DNA from: Eledone cirrhosa
Taxonomy: Eukaryota
Reading direction: 5' to 3'
NCBI GenBank assembly: GCA_964016885.1
Contig: OZ024743.1
Coordinates: 31,682,001 to 31,746,000 of the forward strand
Length of the DNA stretch: 64,000 bases
Position 1 is the first letter of the stretch; every line of letters starts with the position of its first letter. The translations under genes and the position numbers were made by a program. Below are positions 28,823-41,999 of the stretch, one piece after another. The notes beneath the pieces were generated by a model that saw only the letters and a program-made list of their open reading frames with translations, did not search any database and was not told the DNA's origin.

Positions 28823-28900
28823 AATACCCACTCTACTACCCTAAGTATTGAGTACTCTGGTGCGTTATGGCCATCTGGTTTCTTACCACACCTCCTTCGT

Positions 28901-28974
<74 letters not shown>

Positions 28975-28978
<4 letters not shown>

Positions 28979-29242
28979 TATGTTTATTAGGAAAATATGT
29001 TTATTCAAAAATATAGACCAACATTAAATAAGGTTTAATATACATTATGTCAACACCACAATATGACATACACACACACACATAACACCTACTTTAGAAA
29101 ATAAAAACCCGAACTAAATAAACCTTAAACATACGTTTGCACTGGCAATACAACAGCAAACACGAAAAAGTCAGGAAAATATGTTCATTCAAAAATATTC
29201 CTACTAAAGGAATCATTTTCCTACACACACACATACACACAC

Positions 29243-29273
<31 letters not shown>

Positions 29274-30200
29274 TCTCTTCATCTTAACATGCTAACCATA
29301 CTCCCACACACATAACACCCATACACACACATAACACCCATACACACACATAAAAACCCCCACACCTACAACACCCTCCCCATTTCTACTAATAGAACCA
29401 CTTTCCTACACACATATATATATACACACACACAAAAAATATATATTCTCTCTATCTAACATACTCGCACACACACACATAACACCCATATACACACACA
29501 CACAACTCCCTCCCCCATCTCTACTAATAGAATCATCTTCCAATACACACATACACACACACACATATACACACACACAAGCACACAAATATACACATAT
29601 CTTCAGTCTCAATAGAAAATCTGAACTCTGACACCTGAACTCTGACAGCTGGCCATATTCACTGAACCAGAACATTTCTCCCAATCCCTTTTCCCTTGAC
29701 CACTATCTCTCCATTGTCATAACATTCACTATAAAGACTACAGAATAGTTTTCCAAATAAGGGCGCAAAAATGTAATGAAAACTTGTTCACGTGACAGCC
29801 AAATTTCATTTATAACCAACCAAAAAAAAGCCTTCGTGAGCCTCATTTTTTCAAGTAAAAAGAAATTCAAACACTCATATATGAAAAAACAACCTGTGAC
29901 AACCCCCCCCCCCTCTCTTATTTGAAGAACTATTGTAACGCGAACTGGCGCGAAATTTATTATAATTATTGACAAACCAATCAAATTACTTCTCGAAAAA
30001 CCTGGTTTTCGAGCCAGTTTTTCCATATAAAACAAGTAACATTTAGAGACCAACCAGATGTGAGAAAAACCACAGACCCTCCATCTCAACTCACCTTTTG
30101 AAAAGCAGAAGAACTGCGAAACCGGTAAAGGAACCAAATAAATATATATATTTTTTTTAAAAATAAGACTTCAGTTGCATTTTCGATTTCATCCCTTTTT
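28975..30200 (+). mobile_element. Neptune-type PLE 3' end, same family as 18391-19710
   Basis: Shares gaaaatatgtttattcaaaaatatagacca, the CA-rich tract, ggcgcgaaattt subrepeats and the gttgcattttcgatttcatc end; flanked by (TA)n. Confidence 0.8.
30094..30131 (+). ncRNA. Hammerhead ribozyme motif with U3:A8 covariant core (UUGAAAA)
   Basis: cctt-TTGAAAA-gcag-aagaa-ctgc-GAAA-CCGG-TA-aagg; stem I cctt/aagg, stem II gcag/ctgc, palindromic CCGG, GUA site. Confidence 0.72.
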
Positions 30201-30426
30201 CTCTCTCTCTCTATATATATATATAAATTCAATACTACAACGAATATGGACTAGTATCTGAATTATTTCAAGGATGACCAGAATCTCACGTCTGCTCGTC
30301 AAGATTCGTAGCTTTCAGAACAAGACTGCTACACCAACATGATCATTCAGTAAAGAGAGAGACCACTTGTTCGTGATGTCCTAGTCGTCTAGGGAGAGAG
30401 AGGGGGGAGATGAGACAGACAGACTA

Positions 30427-30459
<33 letters not shown>

Positions 30460-30735
30460 AGATAGATTGACAGTAAGAATGGTGTATATATATATATACA
30501 GTATATGTAAGTAGATAGATGGATACATGGATGGATAGATGGATAGCCATTGCTAGTTCAGACCAGTAAGACCATTATTCAAATTAATACGCTATTCTTA
30601 TTGAAAGGGATAGATTATAAGTATTCTCTGCTATCCGAGTATACGTATGCCGTTTTGATAGACATTTTCAATCAAAATTTTAAAAGCAGCTGTAGAGAAG
30701 TGAATCCTCATAAGAATATATTTATATGTGCCTGG

Positions 30736-30777
<42 letters not shown>

Positions 30778-30781
30778 CGCG

Positions 30782-30831
<50 letters not shown>

Positions 30832-31789
30832 TATATAAGTTGACGGCACTAGCATGGTTTTCACTGCTATTACCGGTTGCATCTCAGCGTATATATATAA
30901 GCAATGTCTGTGTATGTATTCAAATGTTTGTCAGTTATGGAAGGAGGTCGTGAGATTTATGTGACAATATGTGTATGTGTGTCTATAATTGTATTTTTGC
31001 AGTATTGTCTTTTTTTGTGATTTTTATATGTTCATATGCATTCTATATATATAGATCACGAAATCTGTACATATCATGCAACTATCGAATTTATTACAGT
31101 GAATATATTTTGTGAAAATATTATAATAGGATGATGTTTGTGAGAGTAATAGTAGCATTGCTAGAATTGGGCGGTTAGTGATGAACACTAATAATTGTAG
31201 AAGGTTATAGTGAATATTCTCTATAAAACTATTTGCTCTCAATTATTCACATTGAGATATAGTTTGAACGTGTGTCAAGCAAAACCTGTCTCAGAATACT
31301 AACAAAATATATATTCGTATTGTGGCATATACACTTGAATGTCTGGACCTTCGACAGGCGCAATTTGCATCTTGCCGAATACTGTGGTTTTGTGTAGCAT
31401 ACTGTTAGTAGCCTCTCCATTAGTTTCATCAACAGACATAGTAACTGTAGAGAGTGAAAAGATCTACTCGATTGACCTGGGGAACGCTAATATGAGAGCC
31501 ACAGGTAGGCATTTCAAATGGTTCCCAAAGGAAAGCCCCATCAAATATGGAGATCGCACCACACGATCTCCAACATGACCTAGAGGGTAATTACCCCCAC
31601 CCTCTTATTTTCTCTTCAAATGGCCATTATAAGGTTAGGATGCTTGATTATTCCTGGCCTGGGGTTTTCCTGGAAACAAGATCGTTTACTGAACGAACTC
31701 AGCTCACTAGATATCAATATTATAGCCGGCAGCAAAACCGGTATTTCAGAAATGTGAATTCTAGCTCCCACTTTTGATGACTTTCAGAT

Positions 31790-33330
31790 CTTTGAATCTC
31801 TTAATCAACTTAGAATGGGGGGGGGGGGGTGCAGTCCTGTTTAGAAAAAGCCAGGATATCGAGGTACTAACTATTTTCCTGGTCGTGGACGTGAACAATA
31901 GCGAAGGTATTGCTTTTAGACTGGTTGCCATCTATACTCCGATCGGCGCTGTACGGCCGAATTTTTAAGGCGCCTAGAAATCCTTCAAGAACATTTTGCT
32001 CGAACATGTTAGAACGGCATACTGGCTGAATTCAGGGATTGATGCGAGTAGCAGATAGAAGCAGGATGAGGTGCAAATCCGCAGAACCTCATCAGGCAGT
32101 TCCAACTCTCTGACAGGTACCGACTCAATTTCTCAAATAACCCAGTGTCGAGCTGAACTAGAAGCCTAAGGTCAATGTAAATCGTATATTGATAGGTCTT
32201 CTATTATATTAACATATAAGGATACCCCTGGGTGTCAGATGTTTCATTCGCTCACTTATTCAGACCACAAATTCATGATCTGTGTGCTCGACCTTTATAA
32301 ACAAAATGTAGATATTTACCTGGTTACTGAAAGCTTGACTCGGCGTACTCGGTGCGGAAAGTCTTCAGAGACCGAGTTAGCACTTCAGTTAATCGAAAGT
32401 TATCAGGTTTGCCGTCAACATGGGGTAGATGCTCGCAAAAGAGATATTACAATAGAATAACAGCTTTTAGAAAAGATGTAGCAAAAGAAAAGAATAAAAA
32501 GAGGGGGGAGTGAGTAGCTAAATTAAAAGAGGGGATTAAATGTGGCATTGCAACCGACATGCTAGCAAATTATCAAGGTTGCATTGTTACATCTAAGGCA
32601 CGTGCTCAAAGAAACGAGTGAACGAAAGGGATTCAATGGGCTCGGTGACAGAGGTGCAACTTGGCAGGAAAACCACATTTCGGTCATTGATGGAGCGGAA
32701 CGAGGCTGTGCTGGTCGATTATATGCAGATTAGTGCAGCCTTTCACCAGCAATTTACACAAACTGCTCGGAGTAAGCGGCTTGGTCGGAGACAGTAGCGG
32801 AATGATGTTCCTACCTCGACGGCCTGCCGCAAATCTCAACGAATGATGCGTTGCTCTGCAAAACGCAGATAACAGTAGCCGAGATTCGGAAAGCCCTAGC
32901 CTGGTCTATGAGGGGAAAATCGCCCAGTTTCGATGGTCGGCACTGAAATTTCGTAGATATCCCAGACTTGTTAACTGATCTCCACGAAGCCATATACTGC
33001 AATTGACAACGGAACAGGAGTATTCCCAGTTCTGTGAGTCGGGTCGTAGTAATGCTGACGAGGAACAATGGGAACAGGACGGATAGAATTCATAATATCC
33101 GGCCCATATCCGTGCTAAACACAGCCTGTAAGATGTTGTCAATCTGCTAGTAACAACGTTGGCGCATGCTGTCGTGAACCTAGTAAGGGAGGCGCAGACG
33201 TATGCAATCTCGATCATGTCTATACACTACATCCTCCACCTCATTTGATACATCGTATAGAGCGTTGGCTTCGGTGAGGCTATGTTCAAATTACATTAAT
33301 CGAAAGCTTTTGATAGGGTCGTCCACGACC
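31790..33330 (+). mobile_element. Tx1/L1-clade LINE ORF2 remnant (APE + RT N-terminus), heavily degraded
   Basis: GGGAVLFRKS...FRLVAIYTP, YSDHKF, GKSPSFDG, RPISVLN...KML and KAFDRV motifs across frames. Confidence 0.75.
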
Positions 33331-33946
33331 CCATCACTCTGCTATCAGGTCATTTGTAAATCCTTTATCAGTAGAGGTTTACATGATGGCCAAATATTGA
33401 ATTTGGTGGTGGTGGATGATGGAGTTAACTATCTCTATACCAATAGGTAAATCTGCAACAATAACATCTCAGTCAAACAGGGGTAAGTAGGGATCGGTAT
33501 AAATGGTAGTTGTGTTAGTGATAATATAACCAGCTTAGCTATTGTGTAATATATAATAGGCGGACAGGCATAAGTGAGAACCAAGGTTAAACATAAAATA
33601 AAATAATCGTTGTAAATAAAGGATGAAAAGAGACAATAAACAATACGTAATGAATAAATAAAATAAATACATGAAACGAAAGAGAAATTAGAATAAAAAT
33701 AAGTATAAAGTATAATAGAGGAGAAAGTGATGCAAAATCAACAAGGAAAGTGTGAGAGATGTGAAAAGTACCAAAATACAATTATGCCAATCCCTAATGA
33801 ATATCACAAAATTGATGGTCGTAGATAGATATTAAATAAATATGTTAAAAATGTAGCTCAGTATGAATTTCTAAATGTCAACAGTGAAACTAATATAACT
33901 TTGTATTTTTACATATTTGTCTTTGTCTTCTTACTCCATCTCCCCA

Positions 33947-34035
<89 letters not shown>

Positions 34036-34039
34036 AGGA

Positions 34040-36590
34040 TGAATATAAAATGAAAGTGATTTTTTAAAAAAAGGAATTTATTAGGTATTGACGTATGTTT
34101 CTGTAACAGACTGAATACCTATGTATCGCTGTTTGCGTAATCATGTAATGTTAGCAAGTATTCGATTGCAAATGTATAATCAGTTGTCACTTATTCAGAG
34201 ATTTCGGATAAATTGGATAAAATCAGAAAAATTGAAGTATTTATATTAGTAGTAGGGGAAGAAACAGAGGGGATTGTATATGACAGATGGTAAATTAATT
34301 TACTGCTAAACAAGTATATAATGGGTTTCTAATGAGAATACCATGAGTAAATCTAAATAAGAATTTTGGGAGTGCCAATTTTAAACTCTACTTGACCAAC
34401 TGGACAGTGGACAGGGCTGGTCATTTGGTGCAGTAGTATTAATTATAAAGTGTCAATTGGGGAAGGGGGAGATTTCGATTGCTACTAAATAACATCAATG
34501 CTAGTAGCCAGCTGGTATATGCATTAGGGAATTGAATCAAGAAATCAGAAATCTCATTTTATCTATAGCAGTTTGTATTAAAAGGTAAATAATAGAAGAG
34601 TTGATAGAATTAAGACTAATAAAGAATGTTAATATCTATTTTGACAATCAAACGGGGATAGAGACAGGCGTTCAATCCTGGTAGTATTTATAATATGAAA
34701 ATGTAGATTTTAAGCGATGGTTACAGTATAACGATCGCTCTATTCTGTTATTTAATAAAATGTTTTTGTATTTCATAATACAAAATAATTCTACATTACA
34801 TAATTTACAAAATTCCTGTCCATGGGTATATTATATCCCATTTTAGGTGAAATTGTTGGTTATTTTCACGCAGCTGCCAAGCCTTGTCTGCGAGTGTTGT
34901 TACATAACGCTGGTTTTCATGTTTTATCGAGTAACGATGTCTATAAAGGCGTGATTTAAAGGAGGTGGCTGTAGATCCTACATAGTACCACTTCTGTCTA
35001 TCCGATTCGATAGTACATTTGTATACGATGTTGCGTTCAAGACATTGATTGTTCAACGGACACATTCCTGGTTGGACACAGTTGCAATTATAATTTTGCG
35101 TTGTTGTATTGCCATGGATGGGTTGATGAGGTTGCTTATGTAGGACAGGATGTTGTTTGTTGTTTTGTGATGTTATAGCTAATGTTTTACGTGTATTGTT
35201 ATGTGTTGGAAGGCGTTTATACAACCGTTTTGCGTTAAGCTTTTTTATATGTTGTTCAATATTAGGGGTGGTTGAATATGAAAGTCGAATAGTGTTAGGG
35301 TTTAATATTTTATTATATTTATGTGATGTTGGAAAGTGTTTTTTAACTAATCGAAAGAATTTTGAGGGTAGATTGGTTTTAATAGAGTTGTTATAAACCG
35401 GGTTGTACCAAATATACTCCTTACATGGCCTTCTGTTTGGTGGTGTGCGACTATTATTGTGTCTATTGCGGTAGTGTATGTATGGTGGTGATTCTGTGCT
35501 ATTTCTACTCCTATGGGATTTATTTTGGGTGTTTTGGTGATCTTTGACTATATACTCTATATTATCTAGGTGACCGGCTTTCCTAAGTGCATCATCATAA
35601 TATTCGGCATGTTCTTTGAAGGTTTGTTGGTTGGACGACAGGCGGGAGATTCTAAGAGAAACATTTCTAGGGATGGATTTAATTATAGAGAGTGGATGGT
35701 TAGAACTCGTATTTACATATTTAAGGTTCTCATTTAGTTTATGGAACGGTATAATCGTATCTGTATTGAGATTGAAAGTAACATCAAGGAAATTGACCTC
35801 TTTGAGGTTATATTCAAATGTAATATTTAATCCTAGTTCCTTAAAAAGCTTTCTGATATTTTTACGCATCCTTTCTAAATTCTGGTTATTCATTTGCTTA
35901 ACTAATAGGAGCGCATCGTCACGGTAGATTCCACCGTGGAGATCCTTGAATTTTCCTTGTAATCTGTGGGTGATATAAATTCCCACAAGATCTGTTACTT
36001 CCGCCGAATCATTAGAACCCATAGTGATATCAAAATTAGAAGGTCTATCTTTGCGAACCCAGTAGCTATCATCGAATTTAACTATAGTTTTCTTCGCTTC
36101 CATAATAATTTTAATTTCAGCATCCGTAAGGTCGGAATTATCCTTAGCGAACGAAAGCGCTTCATGTAGAGTATCAGGTGAAATTGAGGAATAATATTCA
36201 TCAATATCAAACTGAATAAATTTTGATTTTTTTCTTATCAGTAATGTTATTAAACCATCTTATTGCTTCATGAGTGTTACCCCATAGTTTAATCTCTACT
36301 TTAACCTTAACTTGGGGGATAATTCTGTCTAGTATATATTTGCTAATTTTGCCTATATCAGATTTAGAGGGGCATATAAGTCTAATATTAGGGTTAGTAT
36401 CGAAGTTTACCTTGTGGTCCTTCAGGTTGAACGATGGTATAGCTGGTGTTAAGGGTTGCGTTCTATCGTCAATACAAAGTTTTTTAACAATATCACCTAG
36501 AATATATTCCCTTTTTGCCTGAATAGGTATGTTTTTTAACGACATATCCAATTGGTGCCTTTCCATTTTAGAGGCGTATGCTGAATTAGT
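34040..36590 (-). mobile_element. Naiad-type Penelope-like retroelement (RT + GIY-YIG), decayed
   Basis: N-terminal SLKNIPI, LKDHK..F..NP.IRLICPSKSDIG, FDITMGS.DSAEVTDLVG, YRDDAL, CNC-x5-CPL-x3-C, IVY...YYVG; boundaries approximate. Confidence 0.9.
34673..36566 (-). pseudogene. PLE RT/GIY-YIG polyprotein pseudogene
   Basis: ORFs 36207-36566 and 34805-36103 joined by an A-run frameshift; a further frameshift near 34810 continues CKLCNVELFCIMKYKNILLNNRIERSLYCNHR; ~420 nt missing after the N-terminus relative to the 46-48.8 kb copy. Confidence 0.88.
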
Positions 36591-36623
36591 TATATATATA
36601 TATATATAGTTATATATATAGTC

Positions 36624-36660
<37 letters not shown>

Positions 36661-36769
36661 TGGGTGGAAAGAAGGAGTAAGAGAGAGAACGTTCAAGAAA
36701 AAAAGGCCGAACACAATGATGTATATATATATATATAATAATAATAATATTATTATTTATACTTATATA

Positions 36770-37678
36770 TACACTACTATATATAATTATAAACAGGAAA
36801 GTTCAGTAATTCATTATCACCTTATTACCAGTAACAAAAATGCATCAATGTAAATACATCGGATGTCTTACAGAGCCGGAATATAAATTACAGAATAATC
36901 AAAACTATGTTAAAAACATTTTATTGCTAACAATCGTTTCTTCCAAACTTTCGTTTGGATTCATTGGAGCACTAGCAAAGTTTAGACATATAATTAACCT
37001 CCTATTCCACAGAAGAATCATAAAGATAGGTAGATGTTAGTGTTGTCATTACCAATGTCATATTTAAAGATTGAAGAGGATGTGGTGATTATCAGGGGAT
37101 GCGACAAAGATTATAAAAGAATAATACAACAATTATAGAGGAATTAAAGAAGGTTACTCACAAAACGAGGACATTAGCTGTACATATGCAAGCGTATAGA
37201 AAGAGTGTAGAGGTCTTAGGCATGTACAGAATAACCAGGTAAGAAACAAGCAACGGTACTAAGCATATATATATCACAGTATGGCAAAGGTATCACATAA
37301 TACAATACAGGTATAAAAGCATATTAAGCAGACAGAGATGCGTGGGTATGAAAAACATTTTCTATGAGGTTTATGGTGGATGTAATGCGATAATTGTACA
37401 TTTGATCATTACCGGAACAATTATCACATTACATCCACCATAAACCTCATAGAAACTGATTTTCATACTCACGCATCTCTGTCTGTTTAATATGCTTTTA
37501 TTCATGTATTGTATTATGTGATACCTTTGCCATACGGTGATGCTTAGTACCATTGCTTGCTTGTTACCTAGTTATTCTGTACATTCCTAACACCTCTACA
37601 CTCTTTCTATACGCTTGCATATATACCGCTAATGTCCTCGTTTTGCGAGTAACTTTATTCTTTAATTCCTCTATAATT
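36770..37678 (-). mobile_element. Naiad-type pLTR upstream of the ORF with inverted 5' segment (arms 37131-37397 / 37417-37678)
   Basis: Homologous to 44843-45300; decayed hammerhead (CCAAUGA core) at ~36924-36971; ~265-bp hairpin with 19-bp spacer. Confidence 0.78.
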
Positions 37679-39299
37679 TATAGAATTTTCCAACGTATGT
37701 TAGGAAAGGCATAAAGGAAAAGCGTAGATGTTCAATGAACTTTCTATTGTAGAAATATGGCGTGGCAAATAGGGGTACATTTATGTATATAAAATTAAAG
37801 CCGAAAAACGAAATATTTGTTTGGCAGGCGAAGTTCATTGCCGTGTCGGATTTGATTGATTACTATAATTCAGCATTTAGCTGTTCGGAATTAACTTAAT
37901 CAATAATGTACGATGCAATGTTGATGACATCAGGTGACGTCAACTACTTTATCATGCACACTCAGCAGTTATTTTCTAAAGTTGATTAAGATCAATTCTG
38001 TAGTGAGTGTGGTATCAGGCAAAATTTCGACAATTACTTTTACGAATCTTGTATTGCTTTATATTAATTTGTATGGTCGATTAAGAACATGTTTTTGCCA
38101 GACAAGATGTTATAATAATTTGAGTCATTTGTAAATGGTTTCCTTATACTATGAATATCAATCAATCGCTCTCCTGTTTCAAGCTAATTTTTAAAATTGA
38201 TATGTCATGCATCAAAAGGCGTTCGACAATTATATTCTTTTCGGGGTTAGACGACCATATTTAATTAGTGATGTTTCACTTGCCTATTGAGGATACTATA
38301 ATCTAACACTTAGCCGGCAGAATATTTGGCACAAGGATCAAGATGCAATTGCCACTGTATAGAAACATTTCCGCCGTTGAAATAATATGTTCTGAAAAGG
38401 GAGTCATTTATTTCATTGGTATTGTAACAGAAGATTTCACTATCACTTAAAGCTTTCTTGCTAAAACTAAATATATTTTATTATTTTATTGTGAGCAAGA
38501 TTTTATTTCAGTTTTAATGCCACTGAATAATTGAATACCCTTAGGTTTGTTTGTAACTATCTAATCCCCGAATATAAAATATATATTTTTTTGTTTTTAG
38601 TTTTTGCCTATTAATCAAAGAAAACATTTCTATTAGATAGTCAATGTTTCCAATTCAAATCCCACCGGCATAGATACTGCGAATGTGTATGTCGATAAAA
38701 TATATATCAAACTATTTAAAGATGGAGTGAATCCCGCAAGAACGCTTACGCATACATAGATCTGTGTGTGTGTATATACTTATGTCACGGCCTTGGTAGT
38801 TGTACTATACATAATATGAAGCTTCCCGAATACAGCATTACAAGGATCTGATCCCTCAGCCTTTCTATTTAAACTATACCAACCCAACTTTCCAATACAT
38901 CCTCATAGCATCGCAAGATATCTGGCACCATGATATTTTGCACATAATGCGCTTTCAAATGTTACTTTCACGAGAAAACTACCTACTAAATATTAAAGGA
39001 TACCAAGTTATGTGAGAACAGTCTGTTGTGTAAAGTCCAAACACGACATTGCAGATTTTCAATTACAAAAGGCAAATCTACAAGGATAATACTACGTAAT
39101 ATAACCGAGACATCCGGTTAGTATACACGAGCAGTGTTGAAATAAAGTATAAGGGTTGGTGGACAGGGTCATACGCTGACTGTGAAGAAGTGATTCTAGA
39201 AATGTGATATATACGGCTTGCATTAATTTCAATTCAGTTATTACTAACTGCATTGTTCTCACCAGGACAAGTGACAACTGACTCTGCAAAGAAAGCTTA

Positions 39300-39522
39300 A
39301 GAAGTAACCTGTATTGCAGTGATGATGATGTCATAGCTGCTGTTGATGAATCTTTTGGCCAACAAGATGAAGGCTTCTTCACCAATGAGATCCAAGCTTT
39401 GTAACACCGATGGAAGAAGCGTGTAGGGCGCAAAAGAAACTAGCCTGAAAAATAAACCCGGTTTGGTTACATTCCATAAGAGTATCTTTGTCAACCTGTG
39501 AACCTTTAAGCTTATCCTCGTA
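39300..39522 (+). mobile_element. mariner 3' remnant (transposase C-terminus + TIR)
   Basis: YCSDDDVIAAVDESFGQQDEGFFTNEIQAL*HRWKKRV...EK*, ending in cctcg|ta. Confidence 0.75.
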
Positions 39523-40285
39523 GGTAACAACACACAAATCATTAATTATACGGTTCTATTATTAGCAATATCAATCTGATTCTTCAAATTATTACGTACC
39601 CTTCGATTCCATACTCCCAATAGTTCTTTCTCTCCTCACTTCCATCTCTTCCTCTCTCCCCTCTCTCTATTTATATATATATATCTTGTATTCCTCTGTC
39701 TCTACAACTATAGTTTCTTTATCATCCTTTATCACTCTTATATTATCTCTATATCTCCGTCTAACATTGTCTCTTTACGCGTATCTCATTAATGTTATCT
39801 TACTTTCTTTGCTTCTATCTGGTTACTACTCTTTATCCCAAGAACTTTAATTCTATATCTCTCTCTATCATTCTTATTATATCGTTGTCTCTATGTCGGA
39901 CAATGTCTCTTTGAGTATATCACTCTATCTTTATTTTCTACTTTTTCCCATTATCTGTTTCTTTATGCTTTCTGTTGTTGATCATCCCTTATATAATTGT
40001 CTCCGTTTTAACTCTGTTAATGAAAAGTCCCTTCCTTCCCCACTTTCTGGGTGCGTCACTGTCTGTCTCTCACTAACAGCGTTTCTAACTACGTCTTTCC
40101 CTCTCTCATACTGTATTAGGAAATTTCTCTTTATTAGAATTAGATAAACATAACACTGCCATTAGAAACTCTTTTTCAAAACGAATTTCACATTTATCGT
40201 TTCATTTTCCCTCCGGATGAATCAAAATATATATATATATATATATATCCTCGACGCGGATCACATTGCTTTTGTTAATAATAAT

Positions 40286-40467
40286 AATTGTTTCTACATT
40301 TGGCACACGGCCAGCAATTACCCAGTACATTAATGGAACTTTATTTTATCGACCACGTAAGTATGAAAGGCAAAGTTGACATCGGTGGGATTTGAAATCA
40401 GAATGGCAAGGGCCGTAACTCTAGGCGTCAAAGCATGGTGTCCGACCCTCTACCGATACTGCCAATA
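40286..40467 (-). mobile_element. SINE, same family as 6900-7119 (short-tail variant)
   Basis: Shared core and head; inserted in (TAA)n. Confidence 0.85.
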
Positions 40468-41708
40468 ATAATAATAATAATAAAAAGAATAATAATATAT
40501 AAATATATAATACTGAAACGAAGCTAACGAATAGAACTGATATTCCTTTGATTGTTTCCCACTAACTCAATGATTTAATTAGGTCATAAGATACCAGTCC
40601 AAGGGAATAAGAGTGGACATTAATACGTTAAATAGTGAGAAAAACGATTTCGTGTAGATAGAACATTTTATTTTCTGGCCTCGGACCAATGCATTAATGT
40701 CTGCAGCACAATCTGTTCACGGCAGTCCAGAAATTAGGTAATACTATTAAGCATTACGTAATTGGCTAATATTAGCCTCATCAGGAAAGAATTAGCTCTT
40801 CCGGAACAGATCACCTACTAACTGACTCCTCGTGTCAATTTTTTAGGCATTGCAGTTTTAATCTCGACCTTCAATGTCACGTGATATATATATATATATA
40901 TTTCTCTGAGTAAAAAGCGTTGGGTGATGAAGCAATTCACCGATAGTAGTATAAACAGACGTAAGCACTGCGTGACGTGGGTAACTTAAGGTATTACTTA
41001 TAAGGTATCAGCCGGAGCGTCAATATTATAAAAACATAGAAGAGAGACGGTATCACGTATACTTCATCTGTTCATTATATCATCATGTGATGCACATTTC
41101 GAAGATATTAAACTAGCTGCGTAATAATCATTTGATGGGTTGTCATCAGACAGGTATTACGGTGTAACATTATTTTGATTTTGTTTTCGATATACTCACC
41201 ATAGTATGAAAAATGATGTTAGATGTCCGGCTATAAGCGACCATATGATGTACAACCGATGGCAATAAGCATGTATGGGGTGGAATATAAGGCTCTTTAG
41301 TACTAGGTGGTGAGACTTGGTCGTTGGATTACGTTGTCACGTTATTAATTCAAGTCAGCTGCTTCGATTTAAAAGGGATAAAAAGTAGTCTGGTATATTT
41401 AATTATTTATTGTATTATTAGTAGCAGTATTCCATACTTGCAGTTCAGTTCGGGGCTGCTTTGTTTATACAAATTAGAGTATACAAAGATTTCTGAGACA
41501 GGGCTTTGGAATTATGAAAAAAATGTGTGAAGCCATACAATCATACACACACAGACACACACACACACACACACCCATACATAGATACACTCACCTTGAC
41601 AACATTCGTGTGCTCGTATACATACACGGGTATATATAAACATGCACACACACGCACACCCACAGACACACACATATATATACACACATATATATATATA
41701 TATATATT

Positions 41709-41777
<69 letters not shown>

Positions 41778-41999
41778 ATAAAAGATAGAAGGCCATATCG
41801 AGTTGATTCAGGTTTATTTGAAACTCCGTTATACATATTGCACTGAGGAGTATCAGTTATGATAACCTGAGCTTTTCTGACTGTAAAAGAACTATAAAAA
41901 CATTGAAAGTTTAAAAAAGAACTATACATTTCGAATGATACAATAATTTCTTCGAAAAAGATTTTCTTTTCTTCACACATTATAATCAAAACATGTATA

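Noticed and set aside
40745-40790. Minus-strand CTGATGA followed by a ggcta/tagcc stem
   Set aside because: The GAAA box is absent (AATT) and there is no stem I; at best a dead remnant.
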